Assembly (NCBI RefSeq): GCF_963921235.1
Contig: NC_086097.1
Coordinates: 240,314,001 to 240,378,000, forward strand
DNA length: 64,000 bases
DNA from: Mobula hypostoma
Lineage: Eukaryota
Direction: 5' to 3'
A program made the position numbers and the translations under genes. Under the pieces are notes generated by a model. The model had not been told where the DNA came from, made no database searches, and saw nothing but the letters and a program-made list of their open reading frames with translations. Below, piece by piece: positions 1 to 12,310 of the stretch; position 1 is the stretch's first letter; each line of letters starts with the position of its first letter.

Positions 1-150
1 CTTTTAAACTCCAGAGAGCACAGGCCCAGAGCCATCAAACACTCCTCATATGTTAACCCTCTCATTCCCAGGATCATTCTCTTTAATCTCCTCTGGCACC
101 TTTCCAATCCCAGCCCAGCCTTTCTTAGGTATATGTCCCAAAATGTCGAT
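1..150 (-). mobile_element. CR1 LINE RT C-terminal fragment
   Basis: Similar to the CR1 ORF2 segment at ~41965-42120 (ctaaactccaaggaatacag...catatgttaaccctctcattcc). Confidence 0.75.
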
Positions 151-479
151 GGAATGCAGCACCCAGTCATTGCACTGGATATGTTGGAAGATTAAGAGGC
201 ATAAGAAATGTTTAGTATGTACTTGGAGTGAATGGGGACTTATTTCCCCACTCACAACATTATAAAATTAGAAGGAGACAATTGTAACAAAGAGAAAAAA
301 AACTATTTATGAGTGGCAGAAAACTGGTCTTTTGATAAAAAATAATTTAAGAGAGAGGAGGCAACTCATAGGTCCATGTGAGATATTTAAAAAGTAGCAT
401 TTGCAGGCTTTCGTCTTTTTCTGGTGGCCCACTCGAATCGCAATTCATTAACAAGGGGAAATAAAAGTAAACCAGGGCC

Positions 480-2700
480 ATGCGGAGTAACCGTTGTGTG
501 AGTGAGTCAGTGTTAGAGTGGGAATGGCTACAGAGGCTATGTTTCTTTGTGATAATTTCAGCCTCACGAATAACCACACCTGCACAAGGTGCACCAAGCT
601 GCAAATCCTCAAAGCATGTGTTAAGGAAATGGAGCTGCGGCTCGACGACCTTCAGCTCATAGGAAACTGTGCAGGTAATAGGTAGGGCCTACAGGGAGGT
701 GGTGACCTGCCTGGAGGCAGGTATGTCGGTAACTGTCAGGAGAGGGAAAGGAAATGGGCAGCCAATGCAGAGTGCCCCTGTGGCTGGTCCCCTTAATAAT
801 GAGTATACTGCTTTGGATTCTATTAGGGGACGACCTACCAGCGGGAAGTCACAGTGACCGTGTCTCTGGCACTGAGTCTCGTCCTGTGACTCAGACAGGG
901 AAGGGGTAGAAGAGGGCTGCAGTAGTGATAGGGTGTTCCATAATTAGAGGCACACAGATGAGATTCTGTGGACACATTAGAGACACCTGGATGGTACGTT
1001 GACTCCAAATGCCAGAGTCAGAGACACCTTCGATGAGGTCCATTCCATTCTCAAGGGGTGAGCAGCCAGAAGTCTTGGAACATACTGGCACCAATAACAT
1101 AGTTAGAAACAAGGAGTAGGCCATGAAGAGACAATTTAAGGAGCTAGGTAGAAAGCTGAAATCTCCAAGGATTAATATCTGGATTGCTGCCTGGGCCACA
1201 TGCCAGTGAGGGTAAGAATAGAATGATTTCGCAGGTGAATGCGTGGTTCAGGAACTGGTGCAGGGCACAGGGTTTCAGATTTCTGGATCATTGGCATTAC
1301 TTCTGGGGAAGGTATGACGTGTTAAAAAGGGACAGGTTACACCTGAACCCAAGAAGGACAAATACCCTTGTGGGCAGCTTGGCCAGAACTGCTGGGGGAT
1401 AGTTGAAACTAATGTGAGTGATAGATAGGGCTAAGGATGGGGCAGTCCGTTTACAAACAGAGACAGTGTGTAGTGAGATTGTCAGGAAGGACAGGCAGAT
1501 GATAGGGCAAAATTGCAGTCAATGGGATGAGTTGCAGTGTAACATGGGGACAAAATCGAAAAGGGTGATGAATACAGGACTGGAGGTGTGATATTTGAAT
1601 GCACACAGTATACAGAACAAGGTAGATGCTAGTTCTTTATAGATTGGCAGGTATGACAGTGCAGACATCACTGAATCGTGGCTGAAAGAGGATTATAATT
1701 GGGAGCTTAACATCCAAGGATACATATTGTATTGAAAGGACAGAGAGGTAGTCATGGCTCTGTTAGTAAAATATGAAATCAAATACTTTGAAAGATGTGG
1801 CAATGGGAGCAAAAGATGTAGAATCCTTGTGGGTAGAGGTAGGGAACTGTAAAGGTAAAAAGAGTCTGAGAATGGGAGTTATACACAGTCCTCTGAACAG
1901 TAGCCAGGATGCAGGCTACAAATTACGATGGGAGATAGAAAATGCATATCGAAAGGGCAATGTTACAATAGTCATGAGGGATTTCAATATACAGATAGAT
2001 TGGGAAAACCAAGTTGCCGCTGATTTTGGATCCTAAGAGAGAAAATTTGTAGAATGCCCTCAAGATAGCTTTTTGGAGCAGTTTGTGGTTAATCCCACCG
2101 GGGACCAGCTGTTTAGATTCTGTTCTGGGTGTTATGGAATGAACTCGGACTTGATTAGAGAACTTAAGGTAATGAGACCATTCGGAGGCAGTGATCAAGT
2201 ATGCTGCAACTTGAGAGGGAGAAGCTAAAGTCAAAAGCATCAGTATTAGAGTGGAGTAATGGGAATTAAAGAGGAATGAGAAAGGAGGAAGTTGATTGGA
2301 AGGGGACACAAGCAGGAATGACGGTGGAGCAGCAATGGCTGGAGTTTCTTGGAGCAATTCAGAAGGTGCAGAATAGATACATCCCAAAGAAGAAGTATCC
2401 TACAGGCAGGATGACGCAATTGTGGCTGACAAGGAAAGTCAACGCTGACATAAAAGCTAAAGAGACAGCATATAATTGAGCGAAAATTAGTGGGAAGTTA
2501 CAGCATTGGGAAGCTTTTAAAAATCAACAGAAGGCAACTAGAAAAGCCATGGGGGCGGGAGATGAAATACGAAGGTAAACTATCCAATAATATAAAAGTG
2601 GACACTATATGTTTTTTCAGGTATATAAAGAGTAAAAGATTAGCGAGAGTGCATATAGGACCAAGGAAAATGATGCTAGAGTAATGGGGGACACAAAAAA
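480..2700 (+). mobile_element. Degraded CR1 LINE, 5' half: ORF1 (esterase/SGNH-like) and ORF2 AP-endonuclease region
   Basis: ORF1-like peptide AWFRNWCRAQGFRFLDHW..WGRYD..KRDRLHLN (1184-1402); APE-like DVESLWVEV..KGKK, IVMRDFN..IDW (1773-2036); linker PKKK..WLTRKV and FFRYIKSKR; multiple stops/frameshifts. Confidence 0.85.
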
Positions 2701-2825
2701 GGTGCAGAAATAGTCAATTGTCAAGGATCAACCCCAGTCAAGATGGCGCCTTCGCTTCTCCACTGGACCTTTCTCGTTGGTTACCAAATCAAAAATACTG
2801 CGACGTTGTCTGATCACCTTCTGAC

Positions 2826-3190
2826 TAGACCATAAGACAGTGGAGCAGAATTAGGCCATTCAGCCTATCGATTCTGTTATGCTATTCCTTCATCGGTGAT
2901 TTATTTTCCCTCTCAACTTCATTCACCTGCTTTCTCCCCATAACCTTAAATGTCCTTACTAATAAAGAACCTATCAACCTCTGCTTTAAAGATACCCAAT
3001 GAATTGGCCTCCACTGCTGCCTGTGACATTGAATTCCACAGAATCACCACTGTCTGACTACAGAAATTCCTCCTCATCTCTGCTCTAAGGGGACATCCTT
3101 CTATTCTGCGGCTGTGCCCTCTGGTGCTCAACTTTCACACTATTGGAAGCATCCTCTCCATGTCCACTCTCTCAAGTCCTTTCACTAGTT
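2826..3190 (-). mobile_element. CR1 LINE 3' end
   Basis: TRGHSRRIEG..RRNF..VVILWNSM..F peptide; agaccataagac tail. Confidence 0.85.
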
Positions 3191-3209
3191 AGATACAGGC
3201 TATCTATCC

Positions 3210-3731
3210 TATCTTGCCTCACTTGGAGTATTGCGGGCAGATTGGGGCCCCTTGTCTCAGAAAGGCTGTGCTGACATAGGAGAGAGTTCAAAGGAGTTCC
3301 ACAAAAATGATTCCGAGATTGAAAGGCTTGTCATATGAGGAGCATTTGATGGCTCTGAGTCTTGACTCACTGGAATTCAGAAGAATGGGGGGGGGGCCTC
3401 AATGAAACCTATCGAATGTTGAAAGGCCTCGATAGAGTGAATGTGAAGAGGATGTTTCCTGTGGTGAGGGACAGCATCAGAATAGAGGGGTGTCCTCTTA
3501 GAACAGAGATAAGGAAGAATTTCTTCAGCCAGGAAGTGATAAATCTTTGGAATTTGTTGCCAGAGGCAGCTGTGGAGACTAAGCCATTGGGTATATGAAA
3601 GGATATGGGCAGAAGGCAGGAGATTTGGGTTGAGTGGGGAAATGGATCAACCCTGATGAAATGGCAGAGCAGATTTGATAGGTCAAATGACCTAATTCTG
3701 CTCCTATATCTCATGGTCTTATTATGGTCTA
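3210..3731 (+). mobile_element. CR1 LINE 3' end
   Basis: ETYRMLKGLDRV..RKNFFSQEVINLWNLLP; tail atggtctt. Confidence 0.85.
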
Positions 3732-4494
3732 TCTAAGCCTCTCATAATTTTATGTGCCCCTGTCATGCCTCCTTTCAGCTTCTTTCACTTCAGGGAAAAT
3801 AGTCCCAGCCTATTCAATCTCTTCTCGTATCCTAAGCTTTCCAGTCCTGGTAACAGTACAGAAAAGGGCCCTTCAGCCCATCTAATTAGTCCATGCTGAA
3901 CTCTTATTCTGATTAATCCCATCAACCTGAACTTGGACCTTAGCCTTTCATACCTTTCAATTCATGTGCTTATCCAAATTTCTCTTAAATATTGCAATCA
4001 AATCCCCATCCACCACTCTACGCAGTATTCTGATAGAAGTTTGGAGATAATGCCTGACATTATTATCTTCATTTTCAAGGATCAATGATCAACTTTATTT
4101 ATATGTATGAGGAATTTGCTGTGGTGTGTTTGTCATGCAACAAAAAAAGACAGTATTTGACAATTATCAGGTATAAAGAACCTGTCAACCTCTGGTTTAA
4201 ATACACCCAAATGATTTGGCTTCCACAGATTCTCAATCCTCTAGGTAAAGAAATTACCCTCTAGGTAAAGGATTACAGTAAATATATATATAATAGTTAA
4301 ACTAAATAAGTAATGCAAGAAAAGCAGTGAGGTAGTGTTCATGGGTTCAGTCTCCATTCAGAAAGTGAATGGCAGGAGGGAGGAAGCTGTTCCTGAATTG
4401 TTTAGTGTGTGCCTTCAAACTTCTATACCTTCTTCATGATGGTAGCAATGAGAAGAGGGCGTGGAGGTCCTTAACAATGGATGCCTCTTTTTTG

Positions 4495-4590
4495 AGTCCT
4501 GATGAAGGGTCTCAGCCTGAAACATTGACTGTTCATTTCCACGGATGCTGCCCGACCTGCTGAGTTCCTCCAGCGTGTTGTGCGTGTTGC
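4495..4590 (+). mobile_element. Short Penelope-terminal-repeat-derived element with degenerate hammerhead motif
   Basis: agtcCTGATGAagggtctcagcctGAAAcattgactg followed by gatgctgcccgacctgctgagttcctccagc, related to the 3' ends of Penelope copies (8070-8166). Confidence 0.75.
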
Positions 4591-5659
4591 TTTATGAAGA
4601 TTGCCCCTTGAAGATGTCCTGGATAATACGGAGGCTAGTGCCCATCTGTTTTTTAAAGGGATGTCCCTCTATTCTGAGGTTACACTCTCTGGTTATAGAC
4701 TCCCCCACTGTTGGAAACATCCTCACCATGACCACTTTATCTAGGCCTTTCAATATTCAATACATTAAATGCAATACAATGCAATTCCAGTATTTTAGCG
4801 GCTCACTGGAGATTTCCCTTTAAAGGCTGCAGAACGGCATGAATTAGTGCAGTGATGAGCTGCCAGGCCCTCTAAACTGTGCCAATAATTATTGAAGCAT
4901 GCTCATTAACCACTTAAAGACAGCATGATGCACTCAAAACATGTTTAGACATCCGAACAAGGATCACAATTGAATCTTAAGTCACGCACTGCAGCACCAA
5001 CAGGTGCAACTTAATCCCACAGCTTCTATTTGGAAGCAAAGCATTTACTAGGCATTCATGTTTCAGAACTGAAAACAGTACAATGCAAATGATATGACTG
5101 AGGATGGAACACACTGTAGAAATCCAATAGTTTCAGAGTACACAATAGTGACCAAATGATTATTGTCATTCATCAGACCCAAAGGTCTAAAAATGTAAAT
5201 AACTTTTTCTGTCACATCTTTCATTCCCCATGCTTGCCAAATATTTCTTTTAGTTCCCTCCTGAATTTCTCAATAATTCCTATGCATTGAATTGCTTTGT
5301 CTCAATGCCAGTGCCGCTGCATTTTAAAAAAGATGTCTATGCTGTGAATCTGTGACATTAAACATCTTTTTCAAGTCATCAGTGTGTTCTGTAGGGGATT
5401 TTACAGGAAGAGTTAGGGTCACAAACACTAACTGTGATGGGAATGGAGGTAGGTTTTTGGCTTGTCAGATTTTGCAGGGAACACCTGCGGAGCTAGTCAC
5501 TTTATGGAAAGGCTTCAGAATCCACTCCAGATCTATGATGTTCTGATAAAAGGATGAAGGACTTTAAATAGGAAGTATGAAGTGTTTCTCTTTCCACAGA
5601 TGCCTAATCTGCTGAGTTTTATTTTCAGCACTTTCTGCTCTTCTCAACATTTGACGTGG

Positions 5660-6272
5660 CCCGTTGCCAAGAGCAAGGAAGACCCGAGGTTCCATCGTTT
5701 TAAGCGCCGTGACAAAGGCTGAATTGAGCTGGTGAGATCCGTGCACCTGAGCATACCAACTCAACTAAACTCGATGTTTGGGCAGAGACTTAAGCGCAGG
5801 GCTGAATCAAAAAGGTCGGTTACAGGTCAAGTCGAGGCAGTGGGGTCCAGGCACCACAGCATATCGAGGTGCTGGAACCTGATGTTTGGGTATCAAATTA
5901 GGTGCCGGGCCAGATTGAACTGGTTAGGGTTCAGATCACTGTTCCACAATGTTTACTCAGCATTGCACTGAACTATGGGACTCTCTTTGTGGAATTCAGT
6001 TCAGAACGCTATTTGCTTGTGGTTACCGTATGCATGTAGATGGATGTGTTTTTTCTCTTTGCACATTGAGTGTTTAACAGTCTTTTTTTAATGGGTTCTT
6101 TTTTTTTATGGATATGATTGTATTTTTTTATCTGTCTGTACATTGGGTGTTCAACGGTCTTCAATTTTTTATGGGTTGTTTGGGTTTCTTAGTTTTGTGG
6201 CTGCCTGTTAGGAGACAAATAACAATGTTGTATAATATACATGTAATTTGATAATAAATGTTCTTTGAATTT
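5660..6272 (+). mobile_element. Non-autonomous retroelement with Rex1/Babar-like 3' tail
   Basis: GC-richer 5' part; 3' end tttgataataaatgttctttgaa resembles tails of Rex-like copies (10960-11000, 39040-39065). Confidence 0.5.
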
Positions 6273-7240
6273 GCACGTATTTTGGTTTTCCATCAACTGA
6301 AGTTTTTTTTAACTTTCAAGTTCCCTAAGAGGTGGTGATCTGCTCTGTGAACATCCCAGGTAGTCCATGAGTCAATATCATATACCACCACTACTGTGTA
6401 CCTTGTTGACTTTGTTCTATATAAGACCATAAAATATAGGAGCAGCATTAGGCCATTTGGCCCATCGAGTCTGCTCCATCATTTCCTCACAGCTCATCCA
6501 ATTTTCTTCTCAGCCCCAATCTCCTGCCTTTCCCCATATCCCTTCATGCCCTGACCAATCAGGAAACCATCAACTTCTGCCTTAAATATACATAAAGATG
6601 TGACCTCCACAGCTGCCTGCGACATATTCCACAGATTCACCACTCTCTGGCTCATCTCCATTCTAAAAGGATGCCTCTCTATTCTGAGGCTGTGTCCTCT
6701 GGTCTTAGACTCTCCCACCCTTGGAAATATCCTCTTCACCTCCATTCTCTCAAGGCCTTTCACCATTTGATAGGTTTCAGTGAGGTCATCCCTCAGTCTT
6801 CTGAATTCTAGAGAATACAGGCCCAGAACCATCAAATGCTCTTCATATGACAAGCCGTTCAATTCCAGAATGATTTTTGTGAACCTCCTTTGAATCTTCT
6901 CCAGTTTCTACACATCCTTTTGAAGATAAGGGGCCCAAAACTGCTCTGAGTACTCCAAGTGAGGCGCCAGCAGCGCTTTATTTATTCATAATTTATAAAA
7001 TTTCAACATTACATCCTTGCTTTTATATTCCAGTCCTCTTGAAATGAATGATAACATTGCATTTGCTTTTCTCACCACAGGCTCGATCTGCAAATTAACC
7101 TTTAGGGAATCCTGCACAAGGACTCCCAAGTCCCTTTGCACCTCACACTTTTTTTGTATTTTCTCTCCATTTAGAACAGAGTCAACCCTCTTATTTCTTC
7201 TACCAAAGTGTATGACCATACTCTTCCTGACACTACATTC

Positions 7241-8166
7241 CCCACTAAGCACATCTTTCCCTCCCCCCCTTCTCTCTGCATTCTGCAGGGATCGCTCCCT
7301 ACACAACTCCCTTGTCCATTCGTCCCCCCCATCCCTCCCCACTGATCTCCCTCCTGGCACTTATCCGTGTAAGCGGAACAAGTGCTACACATGCCCTTAC
7401 ACTTCCTCCCTTACCACCATTCAGGGCCCCAAACAGTCCTTCCAGGTGAGGCATCACTTCACCTGTGAGTCGACTGGGGTGATATACTGCATCCGGTGCT
7501 CCCAATGTGGCCTTTTATATATTGGTGAGACCCGACGCAGACTGGGAGACCGCTTTGCTGAACATCTACGCTCTGTCCGCCAGAGAAAGCAGGATCTCCC
7601 AGTGGCCGCACATTTTAATTCCACATCCCATTCCCATTCTGACATGTCTATCCACGGCCTCCTCTACTGTAAAGATGAAGCCACATTCAGGTTGGAGGAA
7701 TAACACCTTATATTCCGTCTGGGTAGCCTCCAACCTGATGGCATGAACATCGACTTCTCTAACTTCCGCTAAGGCCCCACCTCCCCCTCGTACCCCATCT
7801 GTTACTCATTTTTATGCACACATTCTTTCTCTTACTCTCCTTTTTCTCCCTCTGTCCCTCTGAATATACCTCTTGCCCATCCTCTGGGTCACACCCCCCC
7901 CCCTTGTCTTTCTTCCCGGACCTCCTGTCCCATGATCCTCTCGTATCCCTTTTGCCTATCACCTGTCCAGCTCTCGGCTCTATCCCTCCCCCTCCTGTCT
8001 TCTCCTATCATTTTGGATCTCCCTCTCCCCCTCCAGCTTTCAAATCCCTTACTCACTCTTCCTTCAGTTAGTCCTGACGAAGGGTCTCGGCCTGAAACGT
8101 CGACTGCACGTCTTCCTATAGATGCTGCTTGGCCTGCTGCGTTCACCAGCAACTTTGATGTATGTT
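7241..8166 (+). mobile_element. 5'-truncated Penelope-like element (GIY-YIG endonuclease end + terminal repeat)
   Basis: CKRNKCYTC..FTCESTGVIYCIRCSQCGLLYIGETRRRLGDRFAEH; 9-bp TSD ACTACATTC at 7232-7240 and 8167-8175. Confidence 0.93.
8070..8105 (+). ncRNA. Minimal type I hammerhead ribozyme motif in Penelope terminal repeat
   Basis: agtc-CTGACGA-agg gtctcgg cct-GAAA-cg-TC-gact: conserved core, stem I agtc/gact, stem II agg/cct, loopless palindromic stem III (ACGT). Confidence 0.75.
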
Positions 8167-8884
8167 ACTACATTCTGTCTGTCATTTCTTTGCCCATTCT
8201 CCTAATCTAAGTCCTTCTTTGACCTCTCTAACTCCTGAAAACTACCTGCTCCTCCACCTATCTTCATATCGTTTACAAACTTTTTAACAAAGCCATTAAT
8301 TCCATCATCCAAAACATTGACATATAACGTATAAAGAATCGGTCCCAACACAGGCCCCTGTGGAACACCACTAGCCACCGACAGTCAGTCAGGGAAGGCT
8401 CCCTTTACCTCCTGCCAATCAGTCACTGCTTTATCCATGCTAGAATCTTTCCTGCAGTTCTATGGGCTTGGAGATTGTTAAGCAGCCCTATGTGTGGCAG
8501 CTTGTCAAAGGCCTGTTGAAAATTGTCCACTGTGCAACTACATGTAATGGTTAAAGGATAGTTCAGGAAGGCGAGATAACAAAAGTGCTTCTGACGTAAC
8601 TACTCATGCCTTGAATAGAACGCCTGCCATTGTACAGGGAATGTCCGACCATCCTATTGCTTTGGATATCTTTTTTCTCACCTCTTCAGATCATGAGAGA
8701 GGTGCCGTAGATTCATCTTCCTCCATGGCTCTTATGTTAGAGGTGCTGTCTCTGTTCAGAGAGGCTACTTGGTTCGTTCAAAGTGTTGCCTTTTTCAGAT
8801 GCAGTTCTGGGATGGGACATTCGACCCTGAGCATGAATGGCTCCCCGGTCAATTCCTTGTCCAGAGCTGTGATTCTCCCAGTGC

Positions 8885-8977
8885 TGGGACTGATTGGATT
8901 GATTCACAGTCTGAAGTGCTGTGATTCTCTCAAACACACAGTCCTTCAGACTAAGTGAATCAGTCCGATCAATCCCA
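8885..8977 (+). repeat. ~93-nt imperfect hairpin (about 38-bp stem, 13-nt loop)
   Basis: tgggactgattggattgattcacagtctgaagtgctgtg pairs with cacagtccttcagactaagtgaatcagtccgatcaatccca. Confidence 0.85.
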
Positions 8978-9235
8978 TGGTTACTTGTGCAATGCTCTGC
9001 ACTATAACCACAATCAATTATTGAACCCATCTGTGGCCAATGTAAACTGAACGTTTAACTTCCCCATAAACATGGGAAAGTAAATGTCTCTCCTGCTTAA
9101 GTACCAAATACCATTTTGCTCCAAAAATTGGCTGGGGTATTTCTGATGCATATCTTGACCTTTAATAATCTGGACTATAGAGAATCAATAGTTATATTTA
9201 ATCATTGTGCTCTTAGTAAATAATGGCTTTGATTA

Positions 9236-9710
9236 TATCAGAATCAGAATTAGGTTTAATATCATTGGCATATGTCATGGATTTTGATGTTTTGTGGCAG
9301 CAGAACTTTGCAAAACATAACAATATTACAATGCACTATATATAACAACAGCAAGAAGAGAGTATGGCCTGGATCATTGTAGTCTTTGGGGGTCTTTGGG
9401 TGGGGGTCTATGATGATGGATGCTGCTTTCTTGTGGTCCTTCTGGCGGGTGTGCTCAATGGCAGGGTGGGTTTTGCCTGTGATGGACCGGGCTGTATTCA
9501 CGACTTTTTGTACACTTCTCCATTCTTGGGCACTGGTGTTTCCAAACCAGGCTGTGACACAACCAATCATGACACACTCCACTGTACATCCACAGAAGCT
9601 TGTCAAAGTTTTAGATGACAGGTCATTACTGCACAAACTTCTAAGAAAGCTAAGGCTCTGTCTTTGAAATGGCACTTACGTGCTGCTCCTTGTATAAATC
9701 TTCTGATATG
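9236..9710 (-). mobile_element. Degraded Rex1/Babar LINE 3' end
   Basis: F..CTVECVMIGCVTAWFGN....RSVQKVVNTARSITG; (ctgatt)n tail seen as atcagaatcagaat. Confidence 0.8.
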
Positions 9711-10254
9711 TCAAAGGCTGCAGGAAGAAGGTTGGAGAATGGGATTGCCAGGGACAATAAATCAGCCATGATTGAATAGTCGAGCAGACCTGATGTGCTG
9801 AATGTCCCAATTTTGATCCTCTGTCTCATGATCTTATGGTCACTACAAACAGCAGTGGTTATAGTGTATCAAAAGTTGCACCATATGAGACATGTAGTTC
9901 TGAGAGGTGCCTTTATATACAGCCACTTACTTGTGCTCTCTGTTTCTTGGACATTCTGTGCCCCCTTCTGCACGCTGCAAAATACAAAACCTGAGTGAGA
10001 CCAGTGAAACTGTGGACGGATGGAAAGCAGATAAGAAAGAGATATATTCCATCAGGCGTATGGCCAGAGGCATGTGTCACAAAGTACATAGACAGAGAGG
10101 GATTGGGGGGAATTAGCAAAGTGGATTGATCTGAGGACTGACTCTTCGTGTGGGTTAGAAAAGTGATAGGAAAGTGTAAGACACAACCCTCACCACCCTT
10201 GAGAATAGCTTCAAGAGTTAGTGCCTCATCATTAGAGACCCTCTCCGCCCAAGA

Positions 10255-10334
10255 CAAGGGATCTCAACCAAGGGCCCACAGACCCTTCGGTTAATTGTGG
10301 GAGTCCATGGGCTGAAAAAGGTTGGGACCCCCTG
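10255..10334. mobile_element. Small hAT/Charlie-like MITE
   Basis: Imperfect TIRs caagggatctcaacc...ggttgggaccccctg, inside a Rex-like fragment; TSD weak. Confidence 0.55.
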
Positions 10335-10539
10335 ATCAAGGACATGCTCACTTCACAGTCCTATCATCAGGACGAGGGTTCAGGAACCTGAAGGCACACA
10401 CTCAGTGTTTTAGGAAGAGCTTCCTCCTCTCCACAATCAGATTTCTAAACAGTCCTTGAGCCCATGAACACGACCTCATAATCTGGCTCTCTTTCTGCAC
10501 TATTGTTATTCATCTTTTGCACTATTTATCTTTCGCAAC

Positions 10540-11000
10540 TCACATGTCGCAGGAAAGCGGCACCCATCATCGGGGATCCCCACCACCCAGGACCTTCTCT
10601 CTTCTCGCTGCTGTCATCGGGAAGAAGGTGCAAGAGCCTCAGGACTTCCACCACCCAGTTTAGGGACAGTTATTCCCCCTCAGCCGTCAGGTTTTTGAAC
10701 CAAAGGGGATAACTTCACTTGTCTCATCAGTGAAATGTTCCTACAAATAACGGACTCACCTTCAACCACTCTTCATATCGATATTTATTACTTATTTATA
10801 TTATTGTTTCTTCTTTTTACATTTGCACATTTTGTCGTCTTCTGCACTCCGGTTGAACACTCTAGTTGGACGGTCATTCATTGGTTCTATTATAGTTACG
10901 GCTCAAGTGATTTGTTGAGTGTGCCCTCAAGAAATTGAATCTCAGGGTTGTACATGGAGACATATATGTACTTCGATAATAACATTTACTTTGAACTTTG
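10540..11000 (+). mobile_element. Degraded Rex1/Babar LINE 3' end + UTR
   Basis: CRRKAAPIIGDPHHPG..LFSLLSSGRR..SLRTSTTQFRDSY.P.AVRFLN; tail actttgaactttga. Confidence 0.8.
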
Positions 11001-11427
11001 AGCTTTAGTAATTTTTACATCTTTCAATGTACTGCTGCCGATGGTTGCAAAGAAAAAGCATTTCAGGATGTATATTGTGTACATTTCTCTGACATTAAAT
11101 GTACCTTTGAAACCTTTGAAACAACATTTTTTATTACCTATGTCAGTGATGATAAACCTGATTCTGATTCTGATTGGAGGGATGCTGTTACTCAAATCAG
11201 AATGGAGTTGTTTGGAACAGACAAGTTATCTATATACTCACCCCAAATATTTAGTGGGGATACCTGGAGAAAATTGCATTGCATGTTAAAATCTTACAAA
11301 GAAAAGTGTTTCCTATCACCACCACTAATTTGCCTGCAACTTAAAATCCAGCCTTTATTTCTTACAGATGTCAGGTCATCTACCACCAGGCAAGATATCA
11401 ACAACATTGATAGAGTACTAAGAAGAA

Positions 11428-12310
11428 TGAGGGGAGATTTGATAGAGATATATAAAATTAAATTATGTAATTATTTAAATAAAATTATGATGGGTATAGA
11501 TAGAGTGAATACAAGCAGGCTTTTTCCACTGAGCAAGGGGAGAAAAAAACCAGAGGACATGGGTTAAGGGTGAGGGGGGGAAAGTTTAAAGGGAACATTA
11601 GGGGGGGCTTCTTCACACAGAGAGTGGTGGGAGTGTGGAATGAGCTGCCAGACGAGGTGGTAAATGCGGGTTCTTTTTTAACATTTAAGAATAAATTGGA
11701 CAGATACATGGATGGGAGGTGTATGGAGGGATATGGTCCATGTGCAGGACAGTGGGACTAGGCAGAAAATGGTTCAGCACAGCCAAGAAGAGCCAAAAGG
11801 CCTGTTTCTGTGCTGTAGTTTTTCTATGGTTTCTATGGTTTCTAAATTTTACAAGGATGTTGCTGGAACTTGAGGACCTGAGTTATCAGGAAAGTTTGAA
11901 TAGGTTGGGAGTTTAGTCCCTGGAATGTACGAGAATGAGGGGATGTTTAATAGAGTTATACAATGTTATGAGGGGTATAGATAGGGTAAATGCAAGCAGG
12001 TTTTTTTTCCCACTGAGGTTGGGAGAGACTAGAACACGAGGTCGTATGTTAAAGGTGAAAGGTGAAATATTTAAGGGGATCCTGAGCTGGGAATTACTTC
12101 ACTTCCCCCCCTCTGGGTTTTGTCTGAGTGTCAAATGAGCTGCCCACACAAGAGATAGATGCAGGTTTGATTTCAGCATTTAAGAGAAGTTGGGTAAGTA
12201 CATGGATGGGAGAGGTATGGAGGTCAATAGGACGAGGCAGAATAATAGTTCATTATAGACTAAATTGGCTAAGGGGCTTGTATTCATGCTGTAGATTTGT
12301 GACTCTACCA
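11428..12310 (+). mobile_element. Nested CR1 3' fragments (younger copy ~11428-11844 inside an older copy)
   Basis: GFFTQRVVGVWNELPDEVV..FKNKLDRYM; tail tttctatggtttctatggtttcta; the older CR1 resumes at ~11845. Confidence 0.85.

Larger units (their letters stand above)
6420..8520 (-). mobile_element. CR1 LINE (RT C-terminal half + 3' UTR) interrupted by a Penelope insertion
   Basis: ORFs 6494-6862 and 6986-7230 (QRDLGVLVQDSLK, KANAMLSFISRG, GLYSLEFRRLR); aagaccat tail; CR1 sequence resumes after 8175. Confidence 0.9.

Noticed and set aside
7017..7703. 228-aa fusion ORF
   Set aside because: Chance in-frame join of antisense CR1 and Penelope GIY-YIG at the insertion junction; ends at a premature stop
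10998..11567. 189-aa ORF
   Set aside because: Patchwork of repeat tails, unique sequence and CR1; no coherent domain
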